From the NCBI GenBank assembly GCA_000433875.1, contig HF993331.1, forward strand, positions 1,868-65,867: a DNA stretch of 64,000 nucleotides. The letters run 5' to 3'. The translations under genes and the position numbers were made by a program. The DNA comes from Firmicutes bacterium CAG:884 (lineage in GTDB: Bacteria; Bacillota_I; Bacilli_A; RF39; UBA660). The notes below the pieces were generated by a model. It was not told where the DNA came from, did not search any database, and worked only from the letters and a program-made list of their open reading frames with translations. Positions 1 to 9,813 of the stretch are shown here, one piece after another. The number at the start of each line of letters is the position of its first letter. Within the stretch, counting starts at the first letter, position 1.

Positions 1-1024
1 AGCAACCGAAATAAACAAAATGCCACACTTACTAGTATCAGGAACAACCGGTTCCGGAAAATCAGTATGTATAAATAGCTTTATCATATCAATATTAATG
101 CGAACAAAACCAGATGAAGTAAAATTAGTATTAGTTGACCCTAAAAAAGTTGAATTAAGCTGTTATAACGGAGTGCCACATCTATTAACACCAGTAGTAA
201 CTGATCCAAAAAAAGCCAATGTTGCCCTTAAAAAAATTGTTACTGAAATGGAAAGAAGATATGATGAATTTGAAAGAACTGGTAATAAAAATATAGCCGG
301 ATATAATATGTACATTGAAAAACAAAATAAAGTATTACCAGAAGAAGAAAAACTACATAAAATGCCATTTATAGTAGTTATCATCGATGAACTTGCAGAT
401 CTTATGTTAGTTGCCGCAAAAGAAGTTGAAGACTCAATTATGAGAATCACTCAAATGGCTCGTGCCGCAGGTATTCACTTAATCGTAGCAACCCAAAGAC
501 CATCAACAGATGTAATTACCGGATTAATTAAAGCAAATATTCCATCAAGAATTGCATTCGCTGTATCAAGTGGAATTGATTCAAGAACAATATTAGATGC
601 AACCGGTGCTGAAAAATTACTCGGAAAAGGTGATATGTTATTTTTCCCAATCGGTGATAGTACACCAACCCGTGTTCAAGGAACATTTGTATCAGAAGAT
701 GAAATCGCAGCAGTTGTTGACCACGTAATAAGACAACAAAAAGCTCACTATGATGAAACATTCCTTATGGATGATGAAGAAATGGGCGCAAAATCAAGCT
801 TTGATCAAACAGATGATTATGATGAACCATTATATAATCAAATCGTTGAATTTGTTGTTGAACAAGGAAAAGCAAGTGCCTCATTATTGCAACGTAAATT
901 TAGACTAGGATATAACAGAGCAGCTCGTGCAATAGATATCCTTGAAGAAAGAGGAATTATTGGACCAAATAATGGCTCAAAACCAAGAGAAGTCTTAGTT
1001 AAATTAGGATCAAAGGAGGAATAG
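1..1024 (+). CDS. ftsK: DNA translocase FtsK/SpoIIIE, C-terminal motor plus gamma domain (5' end lies outside the window)
   Basis: Walker A GTTGSGKS; FtsK-type motor region; winged-helix gamma domain at the C-terminus ([24 protein letters not shown]). Confidence 0.85.
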   Translation, partial: ATEINKMPHLLVSGTTGSGKSVCINSFIISILMRTKPDEVKLVLVDPKKVELSCYNGVPHLLTPVVTDPKKANVALKKIVTEMERRYDEFERTGNKNIAGYNMYIEKQNKVLPEEEKLHKMPFIVVIIDELADLMLVAAKEVEDSIMRITQMARAAGIHLIVATQRPSTDVITGLIKANIPSRIAFAVSSGIDSRTILDATGAEKLLGKGDMLFFPIGDSTPTRVQGTFVSEDEIAAVVDHVIRQQKAHYDETFLMDDEEMGAKSSFDQTDDYDEPLYNQIVEFVVEQGKASASLLQRKFRLGYNRAARAIDILEERGIIGPNNGSKPREVLVKLGSKEE

Positions 1025-1027
1025 AAT

Positions 1028-2911
1028 ATGAAAAAGGACTTGTATATTATTTTATCATTAGCGTATCTAGAAGCAATGTATCATATATTAGCATTTTCAA
1101 ACATCAATATAATAGGTCCTATACTATCAATTGTATTTCTAAGTTTTATATTAATATTTATAAAAAATTTATTTAATCAAAAAGTAAACAAAATTTTATT
1201 TTTTATCCTATTTTTTACAATAACATTTATCTATGAATTACAATTTATTTACTATAAAATGATAGGATTTGTATGTTCAGTTGCATCTCTAACAATGGCT
1301 GGAGATGCCGCAACTGGCTACGAAAATATATTAGGTTATATGTATAGAAATTGGTATGCTGTATTACTCTTACTCTTACCATTTATATTACTATTAATCT
1401 TTAATAAAAAATTAGACTTTGAAAAAAAGATTGAATATAAAAAATTATTATATTCCCTCATAACATATATAATATTTGTTATATATTTGTTAATCGGAAA
1501 AAATGAAATTTATTCGAATTATAATTTATATTATAATCTTCCACAACCATTAATGATAACAAGAAAGCTAGGCGTATTAACAGAATTAAGATTAGATATT
1601 CAAAGAATGTTATTCGGACTAGATGAAAAAATAAGTCCAAGTAAAGAAACAAAATATGATGAAACATATAATATATTAGACATTGACTTTGATAAAAAAA
1701 CAAGTGTAAAAAAAATCGATGAATTAAATCAATACATAAAATATAATAAAGCAACAAAAAAGAATGAATATACAGGTATTTATAAAAATAAAAACGTTAT
1801 ATTCATACTAGCAGAATCTCTTTATCCAATCGCAATCGATAAAGAACTAACACCAACACTATACAAAATGACATATGAAGGATTTAACTTTACAAACTAC
1901 TATACACCACTATATTCTAAAAGTACAAGTGATGGTGAATATATGGCTGACTGGGGCTTACTACCAAAAGCTGACAATGAATCAAACTTAAAAGATTCAA
2001 TGAAAAATGCAAATCCATATATGTTAGTAAGTATGTTTAATAAAAACAACTATAATACATATGCATATCATAATTATTACGGCTATTTCTATGATAGAAA
2101 AACATATTTTCAAAATTTAGGCTTTAAAACATATAAGTTTTGTGAAGATAATATCGTAAAAAATTGTAAAATGGGTGACTTCTTCCACGCAAGTGATGAA
2201 GAAATGATGAAGAATACCATAAACGAATATATAAACGATGACAATTTCTTTGTTCACTATGTGACACTAAGTGCTCACGGCGTTTATAAATATGATAAAA
2301 ATGAAGTCGCACACAAATATTATGATCTAGTAAAAGATTATGATTATCCTGAAGAATTAAAAGTATACTTATCCGCAAACATCGATTTAGATAGAGGTTT
2401 AGAATATTTGGTAAATGAACTAGAAAAGAAAGATAAACTAAAAGATACAGTCTTTGTAATAACACCAGACCATTATCCTTACTATTTAAACCCATTAGGA
2501 CTTGATGTTTTAAACTTAAGAAGTGATGAAAATAAAAACGATAAATATAATTTGCATCACAATTCTCTAATAATATGGAATGAAAAAGATGAAAATAAAA
2601 ATATAGATAACTATGCAAGTAATATTGATATATTACCAACAATACTGAATCTATTTGGATTTGAATATGACTCTAGACTATTAATCGGAAAAGATATTCT
2701 ATCATCAAATGATGGACTTGTAATCTTCAGTGATAATAGTTGGATTAATAAAAATGGTAAATATGATGCAAATACAGATACATTTTTTTGCGCTGATAAA
2801 TGTATAGTTGATAAAACATATGTTGATGAAATAAATAATTATGTAAAAAATGCTACAGTAGCATCATCTCTAATTCAAAAATATGACTACTACAAATATA
2901 TACAAAAATAG
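1028..2911 (+). CDS. LtaS-family (sulfatase-like) polyglycerolphosphate synthase or phosphoglycerol transferase
   Basis: Five N-terminal TM helices followed by an extracellular sulfatase-like domain (ILAESLYP, TSDGEYMADWGLLP, ITPDHYPYY). Confidence 0.55.
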   Translation: MKKDLYIILSLAYLEAMYHILAFSNINIIGPILSIVFLSFILIFIKNLFNQKVNKILFFILFFTITFIYELQFIYYKMIGFVCSVASLTMAGDAATGYENILGYMYRNWYAVLLLLLPFILLLIFNKKLDFEKKIEYKKLLYSLITYIIFVIYLLIGKNEIYSNYNLYYNLPQPLMITRKLGVLTELRLDIQRMLFGLDEKISPSKETKYDETYNILDIDFDKKTSVKKIDELNQYIKYNKATKKNEYTGIYKNKNVIFILAESLYPIAIDKELTPTLYKMTYEGFNFTNYYTPLYSKSTSDGEYMADWGLLPKADNESNLKDSMKNANPYMLVSMFNKNNYNTYAYHNYYGYFYDRKTYFQNLGFKTYKFCEDNIVKNCKMGDFFHASDEEMMKNTINEYINDDNFFVHYVTLSAHGVYKYDKNEVAHKYYDLVKDYDYPEELKVYLSANIDLDRGLEYLVNELEKKDKLKDTVFVITPDHYPYYLNPLGLDVLNLRSDENKNDKYNLHHNSLIIWNEKDENKNIDNYASNIDILPTILNLFGFEYDSRLLIGKDILSSNDGLVIFSDNSWINKNGKYDANTDTFFCADKCIVDKTYVDEINNYVKNATVASSLIQKYDYYKYIQK

Positions 2912-2992
2912 GTTTTATTCCTCACCAATATTCATAGGACAGCATAAAATAATATGAATATAAACCACCCTATAGGGAAGAGAGGGAAAGGA

Positions 2993-3196
2993 ATGAAAAG
3001 TATTCTGACTAAACGTGAACGCGAAGTTTTTAAATTATTAGTTGAAAATAAAACAACATCTGATATAGCTGAAATATTAGAAATCAGCGAAAAAACAGTA
3101 CGAAATCATATATCAAATGTAATGCAAAAACTTGGCGTGAAAGGTCGAGCAGGAGCGGTAGTTGAACTTTTAAAACTTGGAGAAATTACTCTGTAA
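2993..3196 (+). CDS. LuxR/GerE-family HTH transcriptional regulator (small)
   Basis: REREVFKLLVENKTTSDIAEILEISEKTVRNHISNVMQKLGV is a typical LuxR-type HTH. ATG at 2993 follows the RBS agagggaaagg. Confidence 0.7.
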   Translation: MKSILTKREREVFKLLVENKTTSDIAEILEISEKTVRNHISNVMQKLGVKGRAGAVVELLKLGEITL

Positions 3197-3223
3197 AGCA
3201 CATAAAAATGTGCTTTTTTCATA
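3197..3223 (+). terminator. Intrinsic terminator hairpin aaagcacat/atgtgcttt plus T-run
   Basis: Perfect inverted repeat followed by tttttt immediately after the luxR-like stop. Confidence 0.5.
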
Positions 3224-3242
3224 TATTGAAATAGGTGATAAA

Positions 3243-4187
3243 ATGTTTTACAAAATGTCAATAAGAAAAATATTAATATCATTGTGCGCATTATTTGCAA
3301 TGACATTAATATACTTAATTCCAAAAGAAGAAAAATTTACCCAAGAATTAAACTATACAAAAGAAAACCTTGTATTTAATGATATATATTTATTAGATGG
3401 TTATAATTATGTAAGCTTAACAAAAGTACCAGTATCAGGAAAAGATGTTGTAGAAAAAGCAAAAGAATTACTATCAATCTTAACCCTTGAAGGAACATTT
3501 AATGAGTTTGTACCCAATGGCTTTAGAGCAACGATTCCAAGTGATACTAGAGTATTAAATGTAGATTATGTAGATAATATTTTGAAAGTAAACTTTAGTA
3601 AAGAATTTTTAGATATAAAAGAAGAAAATGAAGAAGATCTAATTTCAAGTATAGTATATACATTAACATCTCTTGAAGATGTAAAAGGAGTAATCCTATA
3701 TGTTGATGGTGAAATATTAACCTGTCTTCCAAGTGGTAGATTTTTACCAGCTTTACTAGATAGAAGTTATGGTGTAAATAGAATATATGATATAGAAAAT
3801 TATAAAAATGTAAAATCGGTAAATATATATTATACAGCTAAAAATAAAGATGATTACTATTATGTTCCTGTAACAAAATACGTAAATGATGACAGAGAAA
3901 AAATATCTGTAATAATAGAAGAATTAACAAGTATGAGTACGTATAATACCAATCTTTTAAGTTTTTTAAACAGCAATACTAAATTATTAAAAACAAGTAA
4001 TGAAGATGATATATTAACATTAACATTTAATAATTATATATTCGATGATATAGAAAATTCAAAAATATTAGAAGAAGTAATTCATACAATTTCTTTATCT
4101 GTAAAAGATAATTATGATGTAAAAGATGTTGTTTTTGTAGTAAATAATGAACAAATTTACAAAAGTGTGTTAAAAACACTTGATTAA
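3243..4187 (+). CDS. GerMN-domain protein (GerM-like sporulation/germination lipoprotein)
   Basis: N-terminal signal/TM. Two GerMN-like segments (VPVSGKDVVEKAKELLSILT...VDYVDNILKVNFSKEF; VKGVILYVDGEIL). Confidence 0.45.
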   Translation: MFYKMSIRKILISLCALFAMTLIYLIPKEEKFTQELNYTKENLVFNDIYLLDGYNYVSLTKVPVSGKDVVEKAKELLSILTLEGTFNEFVPNGFRATIPSDTRVLNVDYVDNILKVNFSKEFLDIKEENEEDLISSIVYTLTSLEDVKGVILYVDGEILTCLPSGRFLPALLDRSYGVNRIYDIENYKNVKSVNIYYTAKNKDDYYYVPVTKYVNDDREKISVIIEELTSMSTYNTNLLSFLNSNTKLLKTSNEDDILTLTFNNYIFDDIENSKILEEVIHTISLSVKDNYDVKDVVFVVNNEQIYKSVLKTLD

Positions 4188-4221
4188 AAAAAAAAAAAGA
4201 GTTATAATCAATCTAGTTGAT

Positions 4222-4298
4222 GTCTCAGTAGCTCAGCTGGATAGAGCAGTGCCCTTCTAAGGCAAAGGTCAGGGGTTCGAATCCCTTCTGGGACACCA
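4222..4298 (+). tRNA. tRNA-Arg (anticodon TCT)
   Basis: Cloverleaf: acceptor GTCTCAG/CTGGGAC, D-arm GCTC..GAGC, anticodon loop CTTCTAA, T-arm AGGGG-TTCGAAT-CCCTT, encoded CCA. A TATAAT -10 lies at 4203-4208. Confidence 0.9.
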
Positions 4299-4309
4299 TT
4301 AGATAATTA

Positions 4310-4337
4310 AAGCTCTTATTTAATAAGAGCTTTTATT
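4310..4337 (+). terminator. Intrinsic terminator aagctcttat-tta-ataagagctt plus T-run
   Basis: 10-bp perfect stem followed by ttttatt. Homologous to the hairpin after the second tRNA-Arg. Confidence 0.6.
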
Positions 4338-4403
4338 ATGCTTTGCCTTATATCAAAACTATTTTAAGCTGAGCTAAAGTAAGTTTTAATAAACTTATTT
4401 TTT

Positions 4404-5291
4404 TTAATTTGTATCTATTTGTTTTATATTTTCGTTGCTTTCTATATATCTACGATTAATGTTATTTTCTTTTGTAATGACACTTCTACCAAGTTCTTTT
4501 TCTAAATTATCACGAGTATTTTTAGCAATATTACCTCCGCGTTTGGCGATTTCTTTGTTTTGTATTAATCCTCGTGGATTATATTTTTTTGCTAGTTCTC
4601 TTGTAGCAGTTTCACCAATATCTGTTAATAGGATTTCTAAATCAGACATATTGTCTCTTAACGATTCTTTTCTAATTCCTTTATAATCTTTATACTCACT
4701 TGCTTTCATTCCAGACCAAGCCTTGTATATTTCATTTGTCAAGACACCATATTCCATAGGTTCACTTATACCACCAGATTTCCATACATCTGTTAATTGA
4801 AATCTATGTAATTGACCTTTTAATCTTTTTTCAATCCAAGCATCACTATAACCTTGTGATTTATAAATCATAATACTTCTATCAATTGCTTTGGATGGAT
4901 CAAATGTTTCATCAATTCTTTCGCTACCAACTTGAGCTAACCAAATTTTAAATGGTTCTGCTTTGGGGCTAGGTACAGTTTGTATAAGCCTTAGTATTCC
5001 TTTAGTGTCTAACACATCAGTATTATAAAACTTGCCATCTGATGATTGCATTTTCAGTTGACTACAAATTGTAGTCAACTCAGAACCTTCTTTATTTAAT
5101 CGTGTTTTAAGAACACTCCAATATTTTCTTGGATTTGAGCTATCAGTTAATGCTTTGATAACATCCACAACACTAAAATAGTAATCTTCTTTTTCAGCAT
5201 CCCATTTTGTTCTAATATTTGTTGTTTCAAATATTTTTATAATATTTTTCTTTTCTTCTAACTTGTTTTTCACTTTGACTTCAGTATTCAT
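4404..5291 (-). CDS. Bro-N domain protein (DinD / phage antirepressor-like)
   Basis: N-terminal Bro-N signature (KIFETTNIRTKWDAEKEDYYFSVVDVIKAL...ILRLIQTVPSPKAEPFKIWLAQ). Located next to a tRNA gene. Confidence 0.65.
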   Translation of the reverse strand: MNTEVKVKNKLEEKKNIIKIFETTNIRTKWDAEKEDYYFSVVDVIKALTDSSNPRKYWSVLKTRLNKEGSELTTICSQLKMQSSDGKFYNTDVLDTKGILRLIQTVPSPKAEPFKIWLAQVGSERIDETFDPSKAIDRSIMIYKSQGYSDAWIEKRLKGQLHRFQLTDVWKSGGISEPMEYGVLTNEIYKAWSGMKASEYKDYKGIRKESLRDNMSDLEILLTDIGETATRELAKKYNPRGLIQNKEIAKRGGNIAKNTRDNLEKELGRSVITKENNINRRYIESNENIKQIDTN

Positions 5292-5686
5292 TAATCCACG
5301 TCCTTTCCTTCAATGTTTATTTCTTTTGGTGTTTTTGAAAACTATCATTATCTTGTCCGTAATACAATAAATAAAATAGAACATTTTCCAAATATTTATA
5401 TACGATATCTAAATTAGCTCTTAAATATTTAATGTTTTACAAAAAATATTCATTGTACAATTACACGAAAAAATTACATAATGAAAAATATAAAAAGTCA
5501 ATAAAAAGTTGTAAAAAGTCAATATGTGTCAATCATGAGACACAATTTTATGATTAATCTTTTAACAAAATAATCTTAAGCAGAGCTAAAACAAGTTTTA
5601 CTAGACGTGTTTTTTATATCAATCTTCTTTATAAAAAAGTAATAAAAAAATACCTAACTCATATATTTTAATGAAAGTAGGTAAAT

Positions 5687-7156
5687 ATGGATAAATTAGA
5701 AATAATAAAAAGTATCACTGAAAGAACGAACGGTGATATATATTTTGGGGTAGTAGGAGCAGTAAGAACAGGAAAATCAACATTTATAAAGAAGGTTATT
5801 GAAACACTAGTCGTACCAAATATTGAAGATGAATATGAAAAGAAAAGATGTTTAGATGAGATTCCACAATCAGCTCAAGGAAAAACAATAATGACAACAG
5901 AACCAAAGTTCGTGCCATCAAATGCAGCAAATATCAAAATTGATAACTTTGAAGCAAGTGTTCGACTAGTTGATTGCGTAGGTTACGTAATAAAAGGTGC
6001 CAAAGGATATGAAGATGAAAATGGACCAAGAATGGTTCATACACCATGGTATGATGAAGCATTACCATTTGTAGAAGCAGCCGAAATAGGAACAGAAAAA
6101 GTTATTAAAGACCATTCAACAATTGGAATAGTTGTAACAACTGATGGATCAATAGGGGAGTTTGAAAGAGAAGAATATGTAGAATGTGAAAAAAGAGTTG
6201 TAACCGAATTAAAAGAAATCGGTAAACCATTCATCGTATTATTAAACTCAACACACCCAATGCTACCAGAAACAGAAAAATTATCAGAAAAATTAAGAGA
6301 AGAATACAATGTACCAACCTTACCAATAAATATTGAAAATATGAACGAAAAAGATATTTATGGAATCCTAAGAGAAGCACTATATGAATTCCCGGTATTA
6401 GAAGTTAAAGTAAATATGCCAGAATGGATAGCTTGTTTAGATGCAAATAATTGGCTAAAGAAAATATACATTGAAAAAATAAGAGAAAGCGTTGTTGAAG
6501 TCGATAAATTAAGAGATATTGAAACAATCAATAAACACTTTACAGACTGTGAATATATTGAAAAATCTTACATTTCAGAAGTAGACACCGGATCTGGAAT
6601 AGTAACTATATCATTAAAAGCACCAAAAGAATTATATAATACTGTTCTAAATGAAATAATTGGCGTAGAAATAAGAAATAAAACAGACCTTTTAAAACTA
6701 ATGCAAGAATACAATGAAGCAAAAGTAGAATATGACCAAGTAAAAACAGCTCTAAAAATGGTAAAAGCAACCGGGTATGGAATCGCAACCCCATCTCTAA
6801 AAGATATGAAACTAGATACACCAGAGGTAATTAAACAAGGAAGTAGATACGGAATTAGACTAAAAGCAGTCGCACCATCAATACATATGATAAGAGTTGA
6901 TGTTGACTCAACATTTGAACCAATTATCGGAACAGAAGTACAATCTAAAGAACTAATCGACCATCTAGTTAAAGATACTGATTCAAACAACGTATGGAAA
7001 TCAGAAATATTCGGAAGATCACTTGATGTAATCGTTCAAGAAGGAATTCAAACAAAACTTTCTATAATGCCAGAGACAATAAGATATAAATTACAACAAA
7101 CACTAACAAAAGTAGTAAACAAAGGTTCTTCAACAATGATAACCATAGTATTATAA
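5687..7156 (+). CDS. spoIVA: Stage IV sporulation protein A (spore coat morphogenetic ATPase)
   Basis: DIYFGVVGAVRTGKSTFIKK Walker A. Long collinear similarity to SpoIVA (IPQSAQGKTIMTTEPKFVP, RLVDCVGYVIKGAKGYEDENGPRMVHTPWY). RBS gtaggtaaat. Confidence 0.9.
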   Translation: MDKLEIIKSITERTNGDIYFGVVGAVRTGKSTFIKKVIETLVVPNIEDEYEKKRCLDEIPQSAQGKTIMTTEPKFVPSNAANIKIDNFEASVRLVDCVGYVIKGAKGYEDENGPRMVHTPWYDEALPFVEAAEIGTEKVIKDHSTIGIVVTTDGSIGEFEREEYVECEKRVVTELKEIGKPFIVLLNSTHPMLPETEKLSEKLREEYNVPTLPINIENMNEKDIYGILREALYEFPVLEVKVNMPEWIACLDANNWLKKIYIEKIRESVVEVDKLRDIETINKHFTDCEYIEKSYISEVDTGSGIVTISLKAPKELYNTVLNEIIGVEIRNKTDLLKLMQEYNEAKVEYDQVKTALKMVKATGYGIATPSLKDMKLDTPEVIKQGSRYGIRLKAVAPSIHMIRVDVDSTFEPIIGTEVQSKELIDHLVKDTDSNNVWKSEIFGRSLDVIVQEGIQTKLSIMPETIRYKLQQTLTKVVNKGSSTMITIVL

Positions 7157-7176
7157 ATGCCATTAAGGCATTTTTT
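7156..7176 (+). terminator. Terminator aatgcc-atta-ggcatt plus T-run after spoIVA
   Basis: Perfect 6-bp stem overlapping the stop codon, followed by tttttt. Confidence 0.5.
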
Positions 7177-7205
7177 ACATTTTTTGACAAAATTATCGAA
7201 AAACT

Positions 7206-7234
7206 ATTGCATACCTAAAAAAGATGTGCTACAA
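7206..7234 (+). promoter_or_regulatory. Sigma-A-type promoter TTGCAT-17-TG-n-TACAAT
   Basis: Near-consensus -35, 17-nt spacer and an extended -10 (tgcTACAAT). It sits about 530 nt upstream of hup. Confidence 0.5.
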
Positions 7235-7620
7235 TATAATTGCTTAGTAAGAGTAAACCCTAATAGGGTACTTAATATTTTATGATTTTATAAATTAATG
7301 TTTATTCTTTTGATTAAATGATTAATATTATAACTTATAAAATAACTAGTGATTTTATATCACGAATGACTGTCTGAAGATGGTCGGTATTATATAGAGT
7401 ATAATACAAGTCAGTACTTCTATAAAATAGGAATAAAGAAGCAGGAAAAATTTATTAATTGTTATTAATAAATCCTTATCAGCGCTAAGCAAAAGCAATT
7501 GTTTTATGAGAAAGTAAACTCAAATGATAAGACGTTGTGGTGAATACTGATAATATTCATTTAGTATTTATATTAGATAAAGCCTAATATAAATGGTACA
7601 ACAATTTCTAAAAAACTCAA

Positions 7621-7655
7621 AACAGTATAGTTTATCAGGCCGTACTGTTTTTTGG
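7621..7655 (+). terminator. Terminator-like hairpin acagta...tactgt plus T6 inside the spoIVA-hup spacer
   Basis: 6-bp stem with a long loop followed by tttttt. Lies upstream of the hup RBS. Confidence 0.35.
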
Positions 7656-7770
7656 TGTAAAAAAACAAAAACTATTAAAAAATAATAAAAAAGTGTTGCA
7701 TTTATTATATAAAAATGGTAACATTTAAATGTAGGCAAGATAAGCTTACTAACATGTATAGGAGGTAAAC

Positions 7771-8043
7771 ATGACAAAAACAGATTTAGTAAACTATATG
7801 GCTGAAGAAACAGGCATGACAAAAGCAGATGCAACACGTGCTTTAGAAGCAATGTTAAATGGCGTTGTAAAAGGTTTAAAAACAGAAAAGAAAGTTGCAT
7901 TAACAGGATTTATGACATTTACTGCTAAAGAAAAAGAAGCAGCAACTCGTCGTAATCCACGTACAGGTGAACCAGTTGAGACTCCTGCACATACTGCAGT
8001 TACATTTAAAGCAGGATCTAAATTAAAAGAAGCTTTAAATTAA
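7771..8043 (+). CDS. hup: HU-family nucleoid DNA-binding protein
   Basis: 90 aa. RNPRTGEPVETPAHTAVTFKAGSKLKEA is the HU arm signature. RBS taggaggtaaac. Confidence 0.9.
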   Translation: MTKTDLVNYMAEETGMTKADATRALEAMLNGVVKGLKTEKKVALTGFMTFTAKEKEAATRRNPRTGEPVETPAHTAVTFKAGSKLKEALN

Positions 8044-8066
8044 AAGGCATCACGCCTTTTTTTTCT
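8043..8066 (+). terminator. Terminator aaaggc-atcac-gccttt plus T-run after hup
   Basis: Seen directly in the sequence. Confidence 0.7.
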
Positions 8067-8083
8067 CGTAAAGGAATGATAAA

Positions 8084-9166
8084 ATGTATGAAAACGCAAT
8101 AGAAGTATTAAAAATACTAGAAAAGAATAACTATCAAGCATATATAGTAGGTGGATTTCCAAGAGACTTATATCTAAAAAGAAAAAGCTCTGATGTCGAT
8201 ATATGTACAAACGCAAGGCCAAAAGATTTAACCAATATATTTGATGATACTAAAATAACAAATATAGAATACGGATGTGTTATTGTAAAACATAAAGGAA
8301 CACTATTCGCTCTAACAACATTTAGAAGCGATAACAATTATAAGGACTTTAGAAAACCAGAAAGTATAAACTATGTCGATGACCTATTAGAAGACTTAAA
8401 TAGAAGAGACTTTATAATAAATACAATGTGTATAGATATAAATGGCAATCTAATAGATATGCTTGATGCCAAAAAAGATTTAGACAAAAAAATAATAAGA
8501 ACAGTTGGTGACAGTGATAAAAAAATAGAAGAAGATGCCCTAAGAATATTAAGAGCAGTTCGCTTTGCAACAACCCTTAACTTTAAATTAGATGAAAACT
8601 TAAAAAGTTCAATCATTAAATATAAAGATAATTTAAAAAAACTATCATACACAAGAAAAAAAGAAGAACTTGAAAAAATATTTTCATCCCCAAACAATAA
8701 TTACGGCATTAATCTATTAAAAGAATTAAAATTAGAAGAGCCCCTTGATATAAATCTTAATATCATTGTAACTCAATCATCTCTTGGAATATGGGCCCAA
8801 ATAAATAATGACAAATATCCATTTACCAAACAAGAAAAAGAAACAATTAAAAAAGTAAATGAAAGTTTAAATGAAAATATTTTGGAACCAAACACATTAT
8901 ATAAAAAAGGATTGTATGTAGCATCGCTAGTTGGTGAAATAAAACAAATACCAAAAAAAGAAATATTAAAAATATATAATGAATTACCAATCCACGACAA
9001 AATGGAAATAAATATTGAACCACTAGAAATATGCGAATATCTAAACATTGAACCAAGCTATGTTCTTCATCATATATTAGATGATATAGAAAATCAAATA
9101 ATAAATAAAAAATTCAAAAATGAAAAAGAAATTATCAAAAAATATTTAAATAAATATAAAAAATGA
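8084..9166 (+). CDS. cca: CCA-adding tRNA nucleotidyltransferase
   Basis: Pol-beta nucleotidyltransferase head (YIVGGFPRDLYLKRKSSDVDICT) and RNA-binding body (RILRAVRFAT). Confidence 0.8.
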   Translation: MYENAIEVLKILEKNNYQAYIVGGFPRDLYLKRKSSDVDICTNARPKDLTNIFDDTKITNIEYGCVIVKHKGTLFALTTFRSDNNYKDFRKPESINYVDDLLEDLNRRDFIINTMCIDINGNLIDMLDAKKDLDKKIIRTVGDSDKKIEEDALRILRAVRFATTLNFKLDENLKSSIIKYKDNLKKLSYTRKKEELEKIFSSPNNNYGINLLKELKLEEPLDINLNIIVTQSSLGIWAQINNDKYPFTKQEKETIKKVNESLNENILEPNTLYKKGLYVASLVGEIKQIPKKEILKIYNELPIHDKMEINIEPLEICEYLNIEPSYVLHHILDDIENQIINKKFKNEKEIIKKYLNKYKK

Positions 9167-9192
9167 TATAATATTAAGAAAGAAGGTGCAAG

Positions 9193-9813
9193 ATGATAGA
9201 TAAAATAACAAATATTTTAAAACAAAAACCATTAATAATACCACAAAGTTTGTTTTACAATTATAAAAAATTAAACATAAATGAACAAGACCTATTAGTA
9301 CTTATCTTTTTACTAAATAGCGAGGAAACATTCAACCCAATGTTAATATCATCAAATATGCAAATAAAAATAGATGAAGTAATGAAATCAATTAATAATC
9401 TAATAAATCAAAAACTAATAGAAATTGATACAATAAAAGAAAACAAAATAAAAGAAGTTACAAACCTAAATAAATTATATGAAAAACTTGCACTTCTCCT
9501 AAGTAATGAAAATAAAGAAAATAATAAAGATATCTATAAAAAATTTGAAGAGGAACTAGGTCGTACCCTTGCACCGACAGAAGTAACAATGATAGCCGAT
9601 TTAAAAGAAAATTATAGTGAAGAATTAATACTATATGCATTAAAAAACGCTATAATTAATGGAGCAAGAAATCTAAGATATATAGATTCAACCTTAAAAA
9701 ATTGGAAAACATCTGGATATAAAACAAAAGAAGACGTAGAAAATAATCAAAAAAAATTTAAACAAGAAAGAAAACCTGAAATAATAGATTACGATTGGTT
9801 AAATGAAAGCTGA
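9193..9813 (+). CDS. dnaD: DnaD-domain replication initiation / membrane attachment protein
   Basis: C-terminal DnaD domain (EVTMIADLKENYSEELILYALKNAIINGARNLRYIDSTLKNW). Conserved dnaD-nth synteny. Confidence 0.7.
   Translation: MIDKITNILKQKPLIIPQSLFYNYKKLNINEQDLLVLIFLLNSEETFNPMLISSNMQIKIDEVMKSINNLINQKLIEIDTIKENKIKEVTNLNKLYEKLALLLSNENKENNKDIYKKFEEELGRTLAPTEVTMIADLKENYSEELILYALKNAIINGARNLRYIDSTLKNWKTSGYKTKEDVENNQKKFKQERKPEIIDYDWLNES

Noticed and set aside
163-761. Antisense ORFs inside ftsK (163-450, 528-761) and similar antisense or overlapping ORFs in the track (1479-1757, 2124-2642, 6037-6990, 8134-9056, 13014-13331, 15650-15877, 26325-27191, 44622-45641 and others)
   Set aside because: Entirely contained within strongly supported genes on the other strand. 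Composition-driven, with no RBS and no motifs.
7157-7770. Assigning the spoIVA-hup spacer to a specific RNA family (RNase P, tmRNA, SRP RNA, 6S)
   Set aside because: None of the diagnostic conserved motifs (GGAAAGUCC of RNase P, the tRNA-like end of tmRNA, and so on) were found. It is left as an unclassified candidate.
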